Shown here: one piece after another, positions 18,443 through 28,005 of the stretch
Numbering within the stretch: position 1 is the first letter of the stretch
Layout of the letters: each line of letters opens with the position of its first letter
Assembly (NCBI GenBank): GCA_019749945.1
Contig: JAIEPF010000016.1
Span: 13,596-77,595 of the forward strand
From: Burkholderiales bacterium
Lineage (GTDB): Bacteria > Pseudomonadota > Gammaproteobacteria > Burkholderiales > SG8-41
Direction of reading: 5' to 3'
DNA: 64,000 nucleotides
Program-made: the position numbers and the translations under genes
The notes under the pieces: model-generated
Told to the model about the DNA's origin: nothing
What the model saw: only the letters and a program-made list of their open reading frames with translations
The model's database searches: none

Positions 18443-19440
18443 GCACGGCCACGCCGCGTTTATCCTTGTGTTTTGCGCGGCGACTGGCCTGGGCGCTTGC
18501 CGTCGCCGCCGCACCCTGTGTCGCGCAACCGCCCCCGGCGGAGTATCCAGTGCGCTCGATCCGGCTGATTGTTGCTGAATCTCCGGGATCGGCAGACGAA
18601 TTTTTTGCGCGTTCGATCAGCAAGGAACTCGAGATGCTCTACGGACAGCGGGTGGTGATTGACAGCCGTCCGGGTGCCGGCGGACTGATCGGCAACACCC
18701 TTGTGTCGCAGGCGGCGGCTGATGGCTACACGCTGGGCATGGTCGGCGTCACCCGGCTGATCACGGCGCTGATGCGTGAACAGCCGCCGTACCGGCCGCT
18801 GGCGGATATTGTCGGCGTTGCCCATGTGGCCTCGATCACCAATGTGCTGGTGGTGACGCCGCAGATACCCGTGCGCGGCGCCGCGGAATTTGTGCGTTAC
18901 GCCAGGGTGCGTCCGGGCGAACTCAATTTTGCCTCGCTGGGCATCGGTTCGGCATCACATCTTGCCGGTGTGGTGTTTTCACGGGCGCTAGGCGTGACCG
19001 CCGTGCACGTGCCGTTCCGGACGATCACCAGCACGGATGTCGAAATGAGGCTGGGGCTTGTGCATTACGCGGTGCTGACGCTGCCGGCCGTACTGGCATC
19101 GTTGCGGGAGGAGCGGCTGCGTGCGCTGGCGGTGATGACGCCGCAGCGCAGTGTAATGCTGCCCGAGGTGCCGGCGATCGCCGAGGTCGGCTTGCCGGAC
19201 GCGCAGTTTGACACCTGGTCGGGGATTGTTGCGCCGCGCAGCACGTCACGGCGCATCGTCGAACAGTTGCACGGCGACATCATGCTGGGTTTGCGCAAGT
19301 CCGCGTTGCGCAGGAGTTTCATGCGTCAGGGCGCGGAATCGATGGTCGACAATACGCCGGACGGGTTCATGCGCATGATGCAGGAGGAATATCTGCGTTA
19401 CGAGGCGCTGATCCGCGACGGCGGAATCCGGCCGGAATGA
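18397..19440 (+). CDS. Bug family substrate-binding protein
   Basis: AEYPVRSIRLIVAESPGSADE and the Bug-like remainder. The ATG at 18397 overlaps the upstream gene; a TTG at 18466 is an alternative start. Confidence 0.8.
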   Translation: MAAHPGVFQPASAGLSTATPRLSLCFARRLAWALAVAAAPCVAQPPPAEYPVRSIRLIVAESPGSADEFFARSISKELEMLYGQRVVIDSRPGAGGLIGNTLVSQAAADGYTLGMVGVTRLITALMREQPPYRPLADIVGVAHVASITNVLVVTPQIPVRGAAEFVRYARVRPGELNFASLGIGSASHLAGVVFSRALGVTAVHVPFRTITSTDVEMRLGLVHYAVLTLPAVLASLREERLRALAVMTPQRSVMLPEVPAIAEVGLPDAQFDTWSGIVAPRSTSRRIVEQLHGDIMLGLRKSALRRSFMRQGAESMVDNTPDGFMRMMQEEYLRYEALIRDGGIRPE

Positions 19441-19465
19441 TGCGGACGCGGCGCGTCGTGGCGGA

Positions 19466-19490
19466 TAAAAAAGCCCCGCTGCGGCGGGGC
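19466..19490 (-). terminator. Rho-independent terminator of the MBL-fold gene
   Basis: 7-bp GC stem GCCCCGC/GCGGGGC with a 4-nt loop, followed on the minus strand by TTTTTT. Confidence 0.55.
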
Positions 19491-19516
19491 TGTTGCAGAT
19501 CAAACCGTAACGGCGT

Positions 19517-20416
19517 TCAGGTGCCGCGACCCCACAGGCCGCAGTAGCGGCGCAGCACGAACGGCAGATTGTTCTTGTAGCCGGCCCAGTTTTCGTACTG
19601 CGGCAGCGTGACTTCCTTCTCCGCCGGCTCCCAGCACTTGCCTTCGCGTGCAGCGGCTTTCACGGCTTCAGAGGCGTCGCGCAAAAATTGCAACTGCGCG
19701 CGCACGTCATCCTTGGTGCCGAGGCGGCCGTTGGGTGCGCCGGGGTGGCCGGGGATCAGGCGTTCCCAATCCATGGCCAGCATGGACTCGATGGATTTTT
19801 CGGCTTCCAGCGGATGGAAGTCGATCATGCCGCGGCCGGGCACCGATCCCACGGGCAGCACGTCGACCACGAACAGGATTTTTTCCTTGGGCAGGCGCAT
19901 CGCGATGGTGCTGTCGGAATGGTTGAGGCCGTGGTAGGTCAGCTCGAGCGTGGTATCACCGAGCTTGATCACGCGTTTTTTGTCCATGACCTCGTCCGGA
20001 AGCGGGGTAAACGGATCCTTGATCACCGCCAGGCGCTCCTTAGCGCGTTTGTGGGCGATGATTTTCGCACCCGCGTCCTTGAACGGCTGGCCGCCGGCGA
20101 TGTGGTCGTAATGGTGGTGGCTGTAGATCAGGTACTTGACCGGTTTGTCGGTGACTTTTTTGATTTCATCAAGGTAGGTGGTTACCGCCTGAGGTCGGCC
20201 GTAGCCGATGGGATCGGTGGCGATGACACCGGCGGAGGTGACGACAAACATCGCCTGGTGATTGCCGTAACGGAATACATAGACGTTGTCGGTGCCGTCG
20301 ACTTTGGTGGTGGCGTAGAGCGGCGGTTTTTCGGCGGGTGCGGCGGCGGGTTTGTCCTGCGCGGTGGCGCCAGTGATGAACCCAAGGGTGATGATGGAAA
20401 GCATGATGCGCAACAT
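19517..20416 (-). CDS. MBL-fold metallo-hydrolase, exported
   Basis: Signal peptide, HHHYDH metal motif, and GGAGG before ATG 20416. Confidence 0.8.
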   Translation of the reverse strand: MLRIMLSIITLGFITGATAQDKPAAAPAEKPPLYATTKVDGTDNVYVFRYGNHQAMFVVTSAGVIATDPIGYGRPQAVTTYLDEIKKVTDKPVKYLIYSHHHYDHIAGGQPFKDAGAKIIAHKRAKERLAVIKDPFTPLPDEVMDKKRVIKLGDTTLELTYHGLNHSDSTIAMRLPKEKILFVVDVLPVGSVPGRGMIDFHPLEAEKSIESMLAMDWERLIPGHPGAPNGRLGTKDDVRAQLQFLRDASEAVKAAAREGKCWEPAEKEVTLPQYENWAGYKNNLPFVLRRYCGLWGRGT

Positions 20417-20589
20417 GTTGGACCTCCAAGATTGGGCAGTCGGGCCTCCCCCCACTGCGACGGTGATCATTATGCCTACTGAAGCTGTTAAAAAAACGGC
20501 CTGAAAAAAAATCACGGACAGCGGGAATAGCAGGTATGTTGCCTGTGTTTCCTGCCGCCATCCCGCTTTACAACAGCTAAGCGCGCGGC

Positions 20590-20618
20590 GAGAATCATCA
20601 CACTATTTGATAATCATC
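20590..20618. promoter_or_regulatory. Direct repeat GA(G/T)AATCATC x2, weak Fur-box-like
   Basis: GAGAATCATC at 20590-20599 and GATAATCATC at 20609-20618 in the divergent promoter region. TGATAATCAT matches the centre of the Fur consensus. Confidence 0.2.
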
Positions 20619-20653
20619 CGGTCAATGACCCGGCTGCCAAGGGGGAAATCAGC

Positions 20654-21637
20654 ATGTCAGGCAACAACCAGGTTCGCAGCATTTGCATTTTGTTGGGCAT
20701 CACCCTGTTCGGCGGAGCGCTGGGCGTTGCAGCGCAGCAGAATTATCCGGCGCGGACGATCAGGATCATCATCCCTTCCGGCGCCGGTGGCGGAACCGAT
20801 TCGACGACACGGATGGTCATCCCCAAAATGGATGAATCTCTCGGCCAGCGGGTGATTGCGGAAAACCGTCCTGGCGCCGGCTCCATCGTCGGCAGTGAAG
20901 CGGTCGCCCGCGCCGCGCCCGACGGTTACACGCTCCTCACGGCAATCAGCAGCATGACCATCCAGCCGTCGATGCAGAAGAACCTGCCCTTCGATCCGGT
21001 GCGCGATTTTGCGCCGATCAGCCAGTTTGTGGTGTTACCCAACATGCTGGTGGGCCATCCTTCGATGCAGCCGAAAACCATCAAGGAACTCATTGCTTAC
21101 TCGAAGGCCCGTCCCGGCAAGCTGGAGTTCGGTTCGGCCGGCACCGGGTCCAATCTGCACCTGTGCATGGAAATGTTTCTGAGCATGGCCGGGCTGAAGA
21201 TGGTGCATGTGCCGTACAAGAGTGCGAACACGGCCATTTCTGATCTGATCGCAGGTTATGTGCCGTTCATGGTCACCAACATGATCGTCGGCGCGCAGCA
21301 GCTCAAGGCCGGCCGAGTACACGCCTACGGAGTCACCAGTGCCGCACGTTCAAAGATCGCACCCAACATTCCCACCATCGCCGAACAGGGTGTCACCGGT
21401 TATGACGCCGTGCAGTGGTACGGCCTGATGGCCCCGGCGAACACGCCGAAGGACATCGTTGCCAAGCTGCACAAGGCCGTGGTGTTCGCGCTGCAGGACC
21501 CCGGCGTGCGCGAGCGTTTCCTCGCGAGTGGTGCCGACCCGGTCGGCAATACACCGGAGGAATTCTCAGCCTTGGTGCGCTCGGAAGTGACCAAGTGGGC
21601 CAAGGTGGTACAGGCTGCCGGCATCAAACCGGAGTAG
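20654..21637 (+). CDS. Bug family substrate-binding protein
   Basis: Signal peptide, then QNYPARTIRIIIPSGAGGGTD. Confidence 0.9.
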   Translation: MSGNNQVRSICILLGITLFGGALGVAAQQNYPARTIRIIIPSGAGGGTDSTTRMVIPKMDESLGQRVIAENRPGAGSIVGSEAVARAAPDGYTLLTAISSMTIQPSMQKNLPFDPVRDFAPISQFVVLPNMLVGHPSMQPKTIKELIAYSKARPGKLEFGSAGTGSNLHLCMEMFLSMAGLKMVHVPYKSANTAISDLIAGYVPFMVTNMIVGAQQLKAGRVHAYGVTSAARSKIAPNIPTIAEQGVTGYDAVQWYGLMAPANTPKDIVAKLHKAVVFALQDPGVRERFLASGADPVGNTPEEFSALVRSEVTKWAKVVQAAGIKPE

Positions 21638-21646
21638 TCTTCCCGG

Positions 21647-22867
21647 TCAGTACGGCGTAACGACCACGCGCCCGCTGGCTTCGACAAACCAGCGTTCGCT
21701 GTCAAACGGTTTGCCCGCGAGGCGGGCGTTCATCCAGTCCGCGACCAGCACCGCGGGTGTCGGGCCAAGACTCGCGGCGGGCACGTTGCCGACCGAGTGG
21801 CGGCTGTCCTGATACACCACCAGCCGTTTCGGGCATTGCAGCGTCGCCAGCAGCCGTTCGGTGTGGGCGAGCGGCGACAGTTCATCGGCTTCGCCGGCCA
21901 CGCACAGGTAGGGGACGCGGATTTTTGCGGCGTGTCCTTCCCAGGTCAGCGTCTTGCGGAATTCGTCAAAAGCGGCTTCGTCGGTATAACCGGACATGTA
22001 CATGAAGCGCTGCTTGAAGGTGGGGGAGGCTTCCTCGAAGATGGTGTGGCAGCCTGGCTCCAGGCAGGTGGCGGTCACTGCGCAGGCACGGTAGCGCGGT
22101 TCGGCGGCGGCCGAGATGGTCGCAAAAAATGAGCCGAAGCTCTGGCCGGTGACGCCGATGCGCTGCGGATCGATTTCGGGGCGCGCCGCCATCCACTCCA
22201 TGAGCGCGCGGCCGGCCTCGATCCAGTTCGGCATGCTGACGGGGATGCCCAGCACCGCGCTTTCGTATTGCCCCGGTCCTTCGACGCTGAGCACTGCGAT
22301 GCCGCGCGACAGCCAGCGGTCGCCGTACATGGCGACGCCCGCTTCCTTGAAGCCGTCCATTCCGGGGATTGCCACCACGGCCGGAATGCGTCCGCCGCTG
22401 TAGCCGGGCGGCAGATGAAACCAGCCGGGGAGCGCCTTGCCCTGAAACGGTATCCATGCCGCCTCGACCTTGTGGTCGGCGTATTTGGCGTAATTCTGAT
22501 AACACTCGCGCTTGCGCCGGTTGAGCGCCAGGTTTTTTTCATTGTTTTCGTCATAAGGCCACTGCGAGGCGGCGTACTGCACCGCGGCGATGAAATAGTT
22601 CTGGCGCGCGGTGACGGTCTCACCGGCCTCTTCCGCGGCCCGGGCTTTCGCTTCGCGCCGTTTGGCCGCGGTTTCGAACGCCGGTGAAATATCGGCGTAT
22701 TTTTTGACGCGCTCGCGGATGGCGGCGAAGTCGGGGTTGGCTTCAGGGCCGCAGGGCGCGTTGTAGTTGATGCTGCGCGGCTGGTCCCAGTCGATGCCGA
22801 CCGAGCGGATGATGTTGTCGATCAGCCAGCGTTGTTCGGTCCAGCGTCGGGTCAGGGGTGCGTTCAT
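21647..22867 (-). CDS. Alpha/beta hydrolase (dihydroxypseudooxynicotine-hydrolase-like)
   Basis: 406 aa with the nucleophile elbow GQSFGS and an N-terminal helical cap typical of this subfamily. Confidence 0.75.
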   Translation of the reverse strand: MNAPLTRRWTEQRWLIDNIIRSVGIDWDQPRSINYNAPCGPEANPDFAAIRERVKKYADISPAFETAAKRREAKARAAEEAGETVTARQNYFIAAVQYAASQWPYDENNEKNLALNRRKRECYQNYAKYADHKVEAAWIPFQGKALPGWFHLPPGYSGGRIPAVVAIPGMDGFKEAGVAMYGDRWLSRGIAVLSVEGPGQYESAVLGIPVSMPNWIEAGRALMEWMAARPEIDPQRIGVTGQSFGSFFATISAAAEPRYRACAVTATCLEPGCHTIFEEASPTFKQRFMYMSGYTDEAAFDEFRKTLTWEGHAAKIRVPYLCVAGEADELSPLAHTERLLATLQCPKRLVVYQDSRHSVGNVPAASLGPTPAVLVADWMNARLAGKPFDSERWFVEASGRVVVTPY

Positions 22868-22965
22868 GATGTGGCATTGCTCACGGTGATGGACGAGCGG
22901 GCATTCTACTCACGCCCCGGTGCGTCGTGTATTGTTGCGGTCATTCATTTTCGTGAGCCCGGCCA

Positions 22966-23913
22966 ATGTCCAGTGAAAAAAAACCGCTGCAGACCGTCAA
23001 CATGATCACCTTCGGCGGCGGTTATTCGCTGCCGGCCTGGGTGGCGCAGAAGCAGGGTTTTTTCGCGAAGCACGGCATCGAGGTCAACATCACCCATACG
23101 CCGAACTCGGTGTTCCTGATGAAAAACCTGATCGAAGGCAGCTTCGATCTCACCGTGACTGCGATGGACAACCTGGTGGCCTACCAGGAGGGGCAGGGCG
23201 AGGCGGAATACACGGGGACCTGCGATCTGGTCGCCTTCATGGGTGTGGACGACAGCTTTCAGAGTTTGATGGCGGCACCGGAGATCAAGTCGGTGGCCGA
23301 CCTGCGCGGCAGGAAAATCGCGGTCGATGCGCTGACCACCGGTTATGCCTTCATCCTGCGCGAGATGATCGCGCGTGCCGGCATGAGCGATGCCGACGTC
23401 AGCTACGAGCGCACCGGCGGCGGTCCAATGCGCCTCAAGGCGATGCTCGACGGCAATTATGCCGCGGGCCTGCTCGCCACCCCGCTGGACAGGATCGCCG
23501 CCGACCGGGGATTTACCAGGCTGGGTACGGCGCGCGAATTGCTCGGCCGTTATCAGGGCCGTACCGGTTTTGCGCAGCGCTCATGGATCAAGAACAACGA
23601 GGCCGCAGTGATCGGTTTCATGCGCGGTTATCGCGATGCGATGGACTGGCTTTATGACCGCAACAACCGCGCTGCCGCCGCCGATCTGCTGATGGCCAAC
23701 GATGCTTCCGTGACGCCGGATCTGGCGCGTTTGTCGCTCGACATCCTGCTTGATGAAAAGGACGGTTTCTGGCGCGACCTGGCGCTGGACCTCGAAGGCA
23801 TCCGTACCGTGCTGGCGTTGCGTACGCGTTTTGGTGTGCCGCAGAAAACCCTGACTGATCCCATGCCTTATGTGGATCTGTCGCTGCACGACAGGGCGTT
23901 CGCGAACCTCTAG
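22966..23913 (+). CDS. NMT1/THI5-like (NitT/TauT-type) substrate-binding domain protein
   Basis: 315 aa with periplasmic-binding-protein type 2 patterns. No obvious signal peptide. Confidence 0.65.
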   Translation: MSSEKKPLQTVNMITFGGGYSLPAWVAQKQGFFAKHGIEVNITHTPNSVFLMKNLIEGSFDLTVTAMDNLVAYQEGQGEAEYTGTCDLVAFMGVDDSFQSLMAAPEIKSVADLRGRKIAVDALTTGYAFILREMIARAGMSDADVSYERTGGGPMRLKAMLDGNYAAGLLATPLDRIAADRGFTRLGTARELLGRYQGRTGFAQRSWIKNNEAAVIGFMRGYRDAMDWLYDRNNRAAAADLLMANDASVTPDLARLSLDILLDEKDGFWRDLALDLEGIRTVLALRTRFGVPQKTLTDPMPYVDLSLHDRAFANL

Positions 23914-23925
23914 TCGCGGCCCGGC

Positions 23926-24915
23926 TTATTCCGGCTTGATGCCGCTTTCGCGCGCCACCCTGGCCCATTTTTGCAGTTCAGACTGCACGATGGGCCGGAA
24001 TTCATCGGGGCCCGCACCCGCGGGCTGGGTGCCGATGGCGGCAAGACGGGCTTTGACGTCTTCCGTGCCCAGCGCCCTGAGGGTTTCCTTGTGCAGCCGG
24101 TCGACAATGGAACGCGGTGTTTTGGCCGGCACAAAAAAACCGTACCAGACCCTGATCTCATAACCGGGCAGGCCGGCTTCTTCCATCGTCGGCACTTCCG
24201 GCAGCAACGCAAACCGTTCCTTCGCCGCGACGCCCAGCGCCTTGATTTTGCCCTGCTTGACGAATTGCAGCATGGCCGTGGGGGTGTCGATGTACATGGA
24301 GACTTCGCCGCTGATCATCGCCGCCGATGCCGGTGCGCCGCCCTTGTAGGGCACGTGGGTCATGCGGATTTTGGCCATGAAATTCAGCAGTTCGCCGGCG
24401 AAATGCGGCACGGTGCCGGTGCCGCCGGAGCTGAAATTGAATTGCCCCGGCCGCGTTTTGATGAAGGCAATCAGCTCCTGCAGCGAGTTGGCGGGTACGG
24501 CGGTGTTGACGAAAACCAGCATCGGTGCCGAGCCGATCATGGTCACCGGCTGCAGGTCCTTGTCGACGTCGTAGGGCAGCTTGCGATAAACGTTCGGTGA
24601 AATGGTCAGCGTGGTGCTGGTAACCAGCAGCGTGTAGCCGTCGGGATTGGCCTTGGCGACAACGTCCGCACCGATGGTGCCGCCGGCTCCGGCGCGGTTG
24701 TCGACGATCACCTGTTGCCCGATGCCGTCGGTGATGTGCCTGCCGATCAGTCGCCCGACGATGTCATTCGGGCTGGCGCCCGGCGGAAAGGGCACTACCA
24801 GGCGTATCGGGCGGGTGGGATAGGTTTCGGCGGCCCAGGCCACGGTCGGCGCGGAGTGCGCCAGCAGGGGAACCAGCAACAGCGCACGGCAGCAAACGCC
24901 AGCGTCCAGTTTCAT
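23926..24915 (-). CDS. Bug family substrate-binding protein
   Basis: Signal peptide, then ETYPTRPIRLVVPFPPGASPND. Confidence 0.9.
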   Translation of the reverse strand: MKLDAGVCCRALLLVPLLAHSAPTVAWAAETYPTRPIRLVVPFPPGASPNDIVGRLIGRHITDGIGQQVIVDNRAGAGGTIGADVVAKANPDGYTLLVTSTTLTISPNVYRKLPYDVDKDLQPVTMIGSAPMLVFVNTAVPANSLQELIAFIKTRPGQFNFSSGGTGTVPHFAGELLNFMAKIRMTHVPYKGGAPASAAMISGEVSMYIDTPTAMLQFVKQGKIKALGVAAKERFALLPEVPTMEEAGLPGYEIRVWYGFFVPAKTPRSIVDRLHKETLRALGTEDVKARLAAIGTQPAGAGPDEFRPIVQSELQKWARVARESGIKPE

Positions 24916-25068
24916 GTGCTCCTCCTTTTACACGTCGATCCCGTCGCCGTCGGCGGGCGGCAGGGCTGCTGCTGATCGGCGGTTTTGTGGTTTTCGCCGG
25001 TCATGCCTTGCCTCCGGCGCCGTTTCATGTGAGCGCTGCAGGAGTATCCCCAGCAGCCGTGGCCGCAG

Positions 25069-25320
25069 TCAATCCCGCCGCAGTTTTTGCAGCCGCTCGC
25101 GGATGCGGGGCTGGGCGAATCTGACAAAGCTGCGTACGTTCGGCGACTGGTGGCGCGCCGAGGGGTAGATGATGCTGGCCGGGACCGGCTTTTCCTCGTA
25201 GGCATCCAGCAGGCGGCCGGCCTTGATCTGATCCAGCACATGATAGTCGAAGAATTGTCCGAAGCCCGCGCCCCGCAGGCAGGCGAGAATCCCGGCATCG
25301 ATCTTGTTGGTGACCGAACT
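25069..25320 (-). pseudogene. LysR-family regulator, C-terminal remnant only
   Basis: Reverse-strand translation reads SVTNKIDAGILACLRGAGFGQFFDYHVLDQIKAGRLLDAYEEKPVPASIIYPSARHQSPNVRSFVRFAQPRIRERLQKLRRD*. The HTH and N-terminal ~215 aa are absent. Confidence 0.65.
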
Positions 25321-25523
25321 ACCGGGCGCGGATCGAGCGTGGTGTGGTGATCAGCGTCGAAGGCTACGACTGGAATTGCCCGCAGCACATCACGCCGCGT
25401 TTTACCGAGGCGGAGATTGCGGCGGCTACCGCGCCGCTGCGCGAGGAGATCGCCCGATTGCAGGAATTGCTCGACAACAGGGGGCGCGCTGACGGTGACC
25501 CGAAGCTCGTCACCGTCATGTAA
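25314..25523 (+). pseudogene. Pyridoxamine-5'-phosphate-oxidase-family protein, C-terminal remnant only
   Basis: Translation reads IERGVVISVEGYDWNCPQHITPRFTEAEIAAATAPLREEIARLQELL...*. There is no start codon or N-terminal domain. Confidence 0.5.
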
Positions 25524-25638
25524 TGTCCGCAACCCCGAGCGGAATGATTTCCGGTGGATTGCAAATTGCTTTTCGCGCTGTGTAATGGTTCAATTCCGGC
25601 AACGATAAAAACAACAAAATGCATTCGAGAGGAGAGCC

Positions 25639-26625
25639 ATGCAGAACCTGATCCATCACTGCGCCGGTTTTGTGAGAGTGCTGCTGGCGGCTGCAGTTGT
25701 CGCCGCCGCCGCACCGGCTTACGCCCAATCCTTCCCGACCCGCCCGGTGCGCATGGTCGTGCCTTATCCGCCCGGCGGGGCCAACGACATCGTCGCGCGC
25801 CTGCTGGCACCGTCGCTGACCCAGCAACTGGGCCAGAACGTGATCGTCGACAACCGTGGCGGCGGCAATACGCTGATCGGTTCCGAGATTGTCGCCACCT
25901 CCGCGCCCAACGGCTACACGCTGCTGGTGGTGGCCGCCGGCCATGCCATCAATCCGGCTTTGTACAAAAAACTGCCCTATGACACTGCGCGTGATTTTGT
26001 ACCGGTGGCCTTGTTCGGCGACGGCGCCTATGTGTTTGTCGCGCATCCCGGCACCGGTGTTGCATCGAGCAGCGAACTGATCGCGCTGGCGAAAGCAAAG
26101 CCGGGGCAGGTTTCGTACGCGTCGTCGAGCACCGGTAACCTGACGCATCTCGCTGCTGAGCTGTTCAACGCGCTGGCCGGCATCAGGATGCTGCATGTGC
26201 CGTACAAAGGCGGCAATCCGGCGATGGCGGATCTGCTCGGAGGCAGGGTCAATGTGTTTTTCTCGACGGTTGCGGTGGCACGACCGCACCTGCAGTCGGG
26301 CAAGATCAGGGCGCTGGGGGTGACGACACCGAAGCGTACGCCGGCATTGCCCAATGTTCCGACCATTGCCGAATCAGGTCTGCCGGGCTACGCGGTCAGC
26401 GGCTGGTACGGCGTGGTTGCACCCAGGGGCACGCCAAAAGCGGCGATCGAGCGGCTGCATGCGGTGATCCAGGTCGCGCTGCGGCAGCCGGAAACCAAAG
26501 AGCGGTTGCTCGGCATCGGCGTCGAGGCAGCCGAGGCGTCCACCGCAGAATTCGGAAAACTGATCGATACCGATATCGCGAAATGGATCAAGGTGGCGAA
26601 GCCGCTGAACATCAACATGGAATGA
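25639..26625 (+). CDS. Bug family substrate-binding protein
   Basis: Signal peptide, then QSFPTRPVRMVVPYPPGGANDI. GAGAGGAG lies before the ATG. Confidence 0.9.
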   Translation: MQNLIHHCAGFVRVLLAAAVVAAAAPAYAQSFPTRPVRMVVPYPPGGANDIVARLLAPSLTQQLGQNVIVDNRGGGNTLIGSEIVATSAPNGYTLLVVAAGHAINPALYKKLPYDTARDFVPVALFGDGAYVFVAHPGTGVASSSELIALAKAKPGQVSYASSSTGNLTHLAAELFNALAGIRMLHVPYKGGNPAMADLLGGRVNVFFSTVAVARPHLQSGKIRALGVTTPKRTPALPNVPTIAESGLPGYAVSGWYGVVAPRGTPKAAIERLHAVIQVALRQPETKERLLGIGVEAAEASTAEFGKLIDTDIAKWIKVAKPLNINME

Positions 26626-26628
26626 CAC

Positions 26629-26682
26629 GCGCAGTGTGAACAAAAAACCCCGCAGCTGCGGGGTTTTTTGTTCACACTGCGC
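26629..26682. terminator. Bidirectional intrinsic terminator (54-bp perfect palindrome)
   Basis: GCGCAGTGTGAACAAAAAACCCCGCAG|CTGCGGGGTTTTTTGTTCACACTGCGC between convergent genes. The GC core is flanked by A6 and T6. Confidence 0.7.
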
Positions 26683-26688
26683 AAACGG

Positions 26689-27552
26689 TCATGCGGCTTT
26701 TTGCAGGGCACGCAACTGTCTGGCAATGAAGGCCTTGACCATTTCGTGCGAACGGTCGGCTTCCGGGCCGGGTACGGCGGTCCATTCGTGTTCGCAGCCC
26801 TCGAAAATCTCGAGCTGGCATTCACCGCCGGCGGCACGGTAGGTCGCGGCGAATTTTTCCTGGATCGGCGGAATCACGTTGTCGTCGAGGCCGCCCTGCA
26901 TGATAAGCATCGGCAGCAGATTGACCTTTTCCTTGCGTTCGAGGATTTCCTGCGGATTGCCCTCGTGAATGGTTTCCGGCGGATTGAAGAAGGTGTCGGA
27001 CTTTTTCATCATGTCCTTGTTGCCCTTCTTTTCCGCCTGGGCGCGGCGCGCCACCGGGTTGCTGATCGGCGAACGGGTGGCGACGTAGGAGAAGGTGGCG
27101 TCGAGCTGCGGCGCTTCCGGCAGCGGGATCGCGGCGTATTTCGGATCGTGCGGTTTCATCGCAAGCAGCTGGGCAACGTGGCCGCCGCTGGAGCTGCCCA
27201 GCACGCCAAAATGGGTCGGGTCGCCGTTCCATCCGCGGGATTTGTGTTTCAACCAGCGGATGGCGTAGTGCGCGTCCTGCACGCAGGCGGGATAGGGCGC
27301 TTCGCTGGAGATGCGCAGGTCGGGCGACACCACCAGCATGCCGGCGGCGGCGATGGCGCGCGCCATGGGTTCATTGGCATAACGGTCCTTGCGGCTCCAC
27401 GCCCCGCCGTGGAGATCAAGCAGCACCGGGAACGGTCCCGTGCCCTGCGGCTGGTAGATGCGCGCAATCAGCGTGCGCTGGTCGGTCTTGCGGAATTCCA
27501 CTTCCCAGACTTTGACGGCAAACAGGCTGGCGGGATTGTAGGCGAGCGTCAT
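26689..27552 (-). CDS. Alpha/beta hydrolase fold-3 esterase/lipase
   Basis: HGGAW oxyanion motif and the GSSSGG nucleophile elbow. Confidence 0.8.
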   Translation of the reverse strand: MTLAYNPASLFAVKVWEVEFRKTDQRTLIARIYQPQGTGPFPVLLDLHGGAWSRKDRYANEPMARAIAAAGMLVVSPDLRISSEAPYPACVQDAHYAIRWLKHKSRGWNGDPTHFGVLGSSSGGHVAQLLAMKPHDPKYAAIPLPEAPQLDATFSYVATRSPISNPVARRAQAEKKGNKDMMKKSDTFFNPPETIHEGNPQEILERKEKVNLLPMLIMQGGLDDNVIPPIQEKFAATYRAAGGECQLEIFEGCEHEWTAVPGPEADRSHEMVKAFIARQLRALQKAA

Positions 27553-27668
27553 CGCGGTTTCTCCAAACAGGGGCGGTTCACAAAGTGCAATATGATAAGC
27601 CTTCCCGCGCGGTTCGCGTGATCCGCCGAATGCGGGAAAAAGTCCACATTTAATTTCGGAGAATCACC

Positions 27669-27971
27669 ATGCTTTGGGCCATTTCCTGCGTCGACAAACC
27701 GAATACTGCCGCGATCCGCGATTCCGTATTGCAGCCGCATCGTGATTATCTTGGCAGCCAGAAACACATCCTGGTGCTGGCGGGTGCTACGCAGAACGAC
27801 GAGGGCACCGCGGCCGTCGGCAGCCTGTTCATCGTCAACGTCAACAGCCGCGCGGAGGCGAAAAAATTTTCGGATGGTGATCCGTTTACGCAAAAGGGCG
27901 TGTTCGCCAGCATCACCATCACCCGCATGCGCAAGGGACAATGGAATCCGGACGCGGCCGAGGGCGCATGA
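27669..27971 (+). CDS. YciI family protein
   Basis: 100 aa with RxxHxxYL and DPF motifs typical of YciI. Confidence 0.85.
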   Translation: MLWAISCVDKPNTAAIRDSVLQPHRDYLGSQKHILVLAGATQNDEGTAAVGSLFIVNVNSRAEAKKFSDGDPFTQKGVFASITITRMRKGQWNPDAAEGA

Positions 27972-28005
27972 GGTTGCGGGGTTCATTCCGAAGGCAAACC
28001 GGTGA

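Noticed and set aside
24912-25532. 206-aa minus-strand ORF spanning the Bug upstream region
   Set aside because: It runs across two different gene remnants (LysR on the minus strand in another frame, PNPOx-like on the plus strand) and has no coherent domain. Only its last 30 codons, which have their own Shine-Dalgarno, are kept as a low-confidence small ORF.
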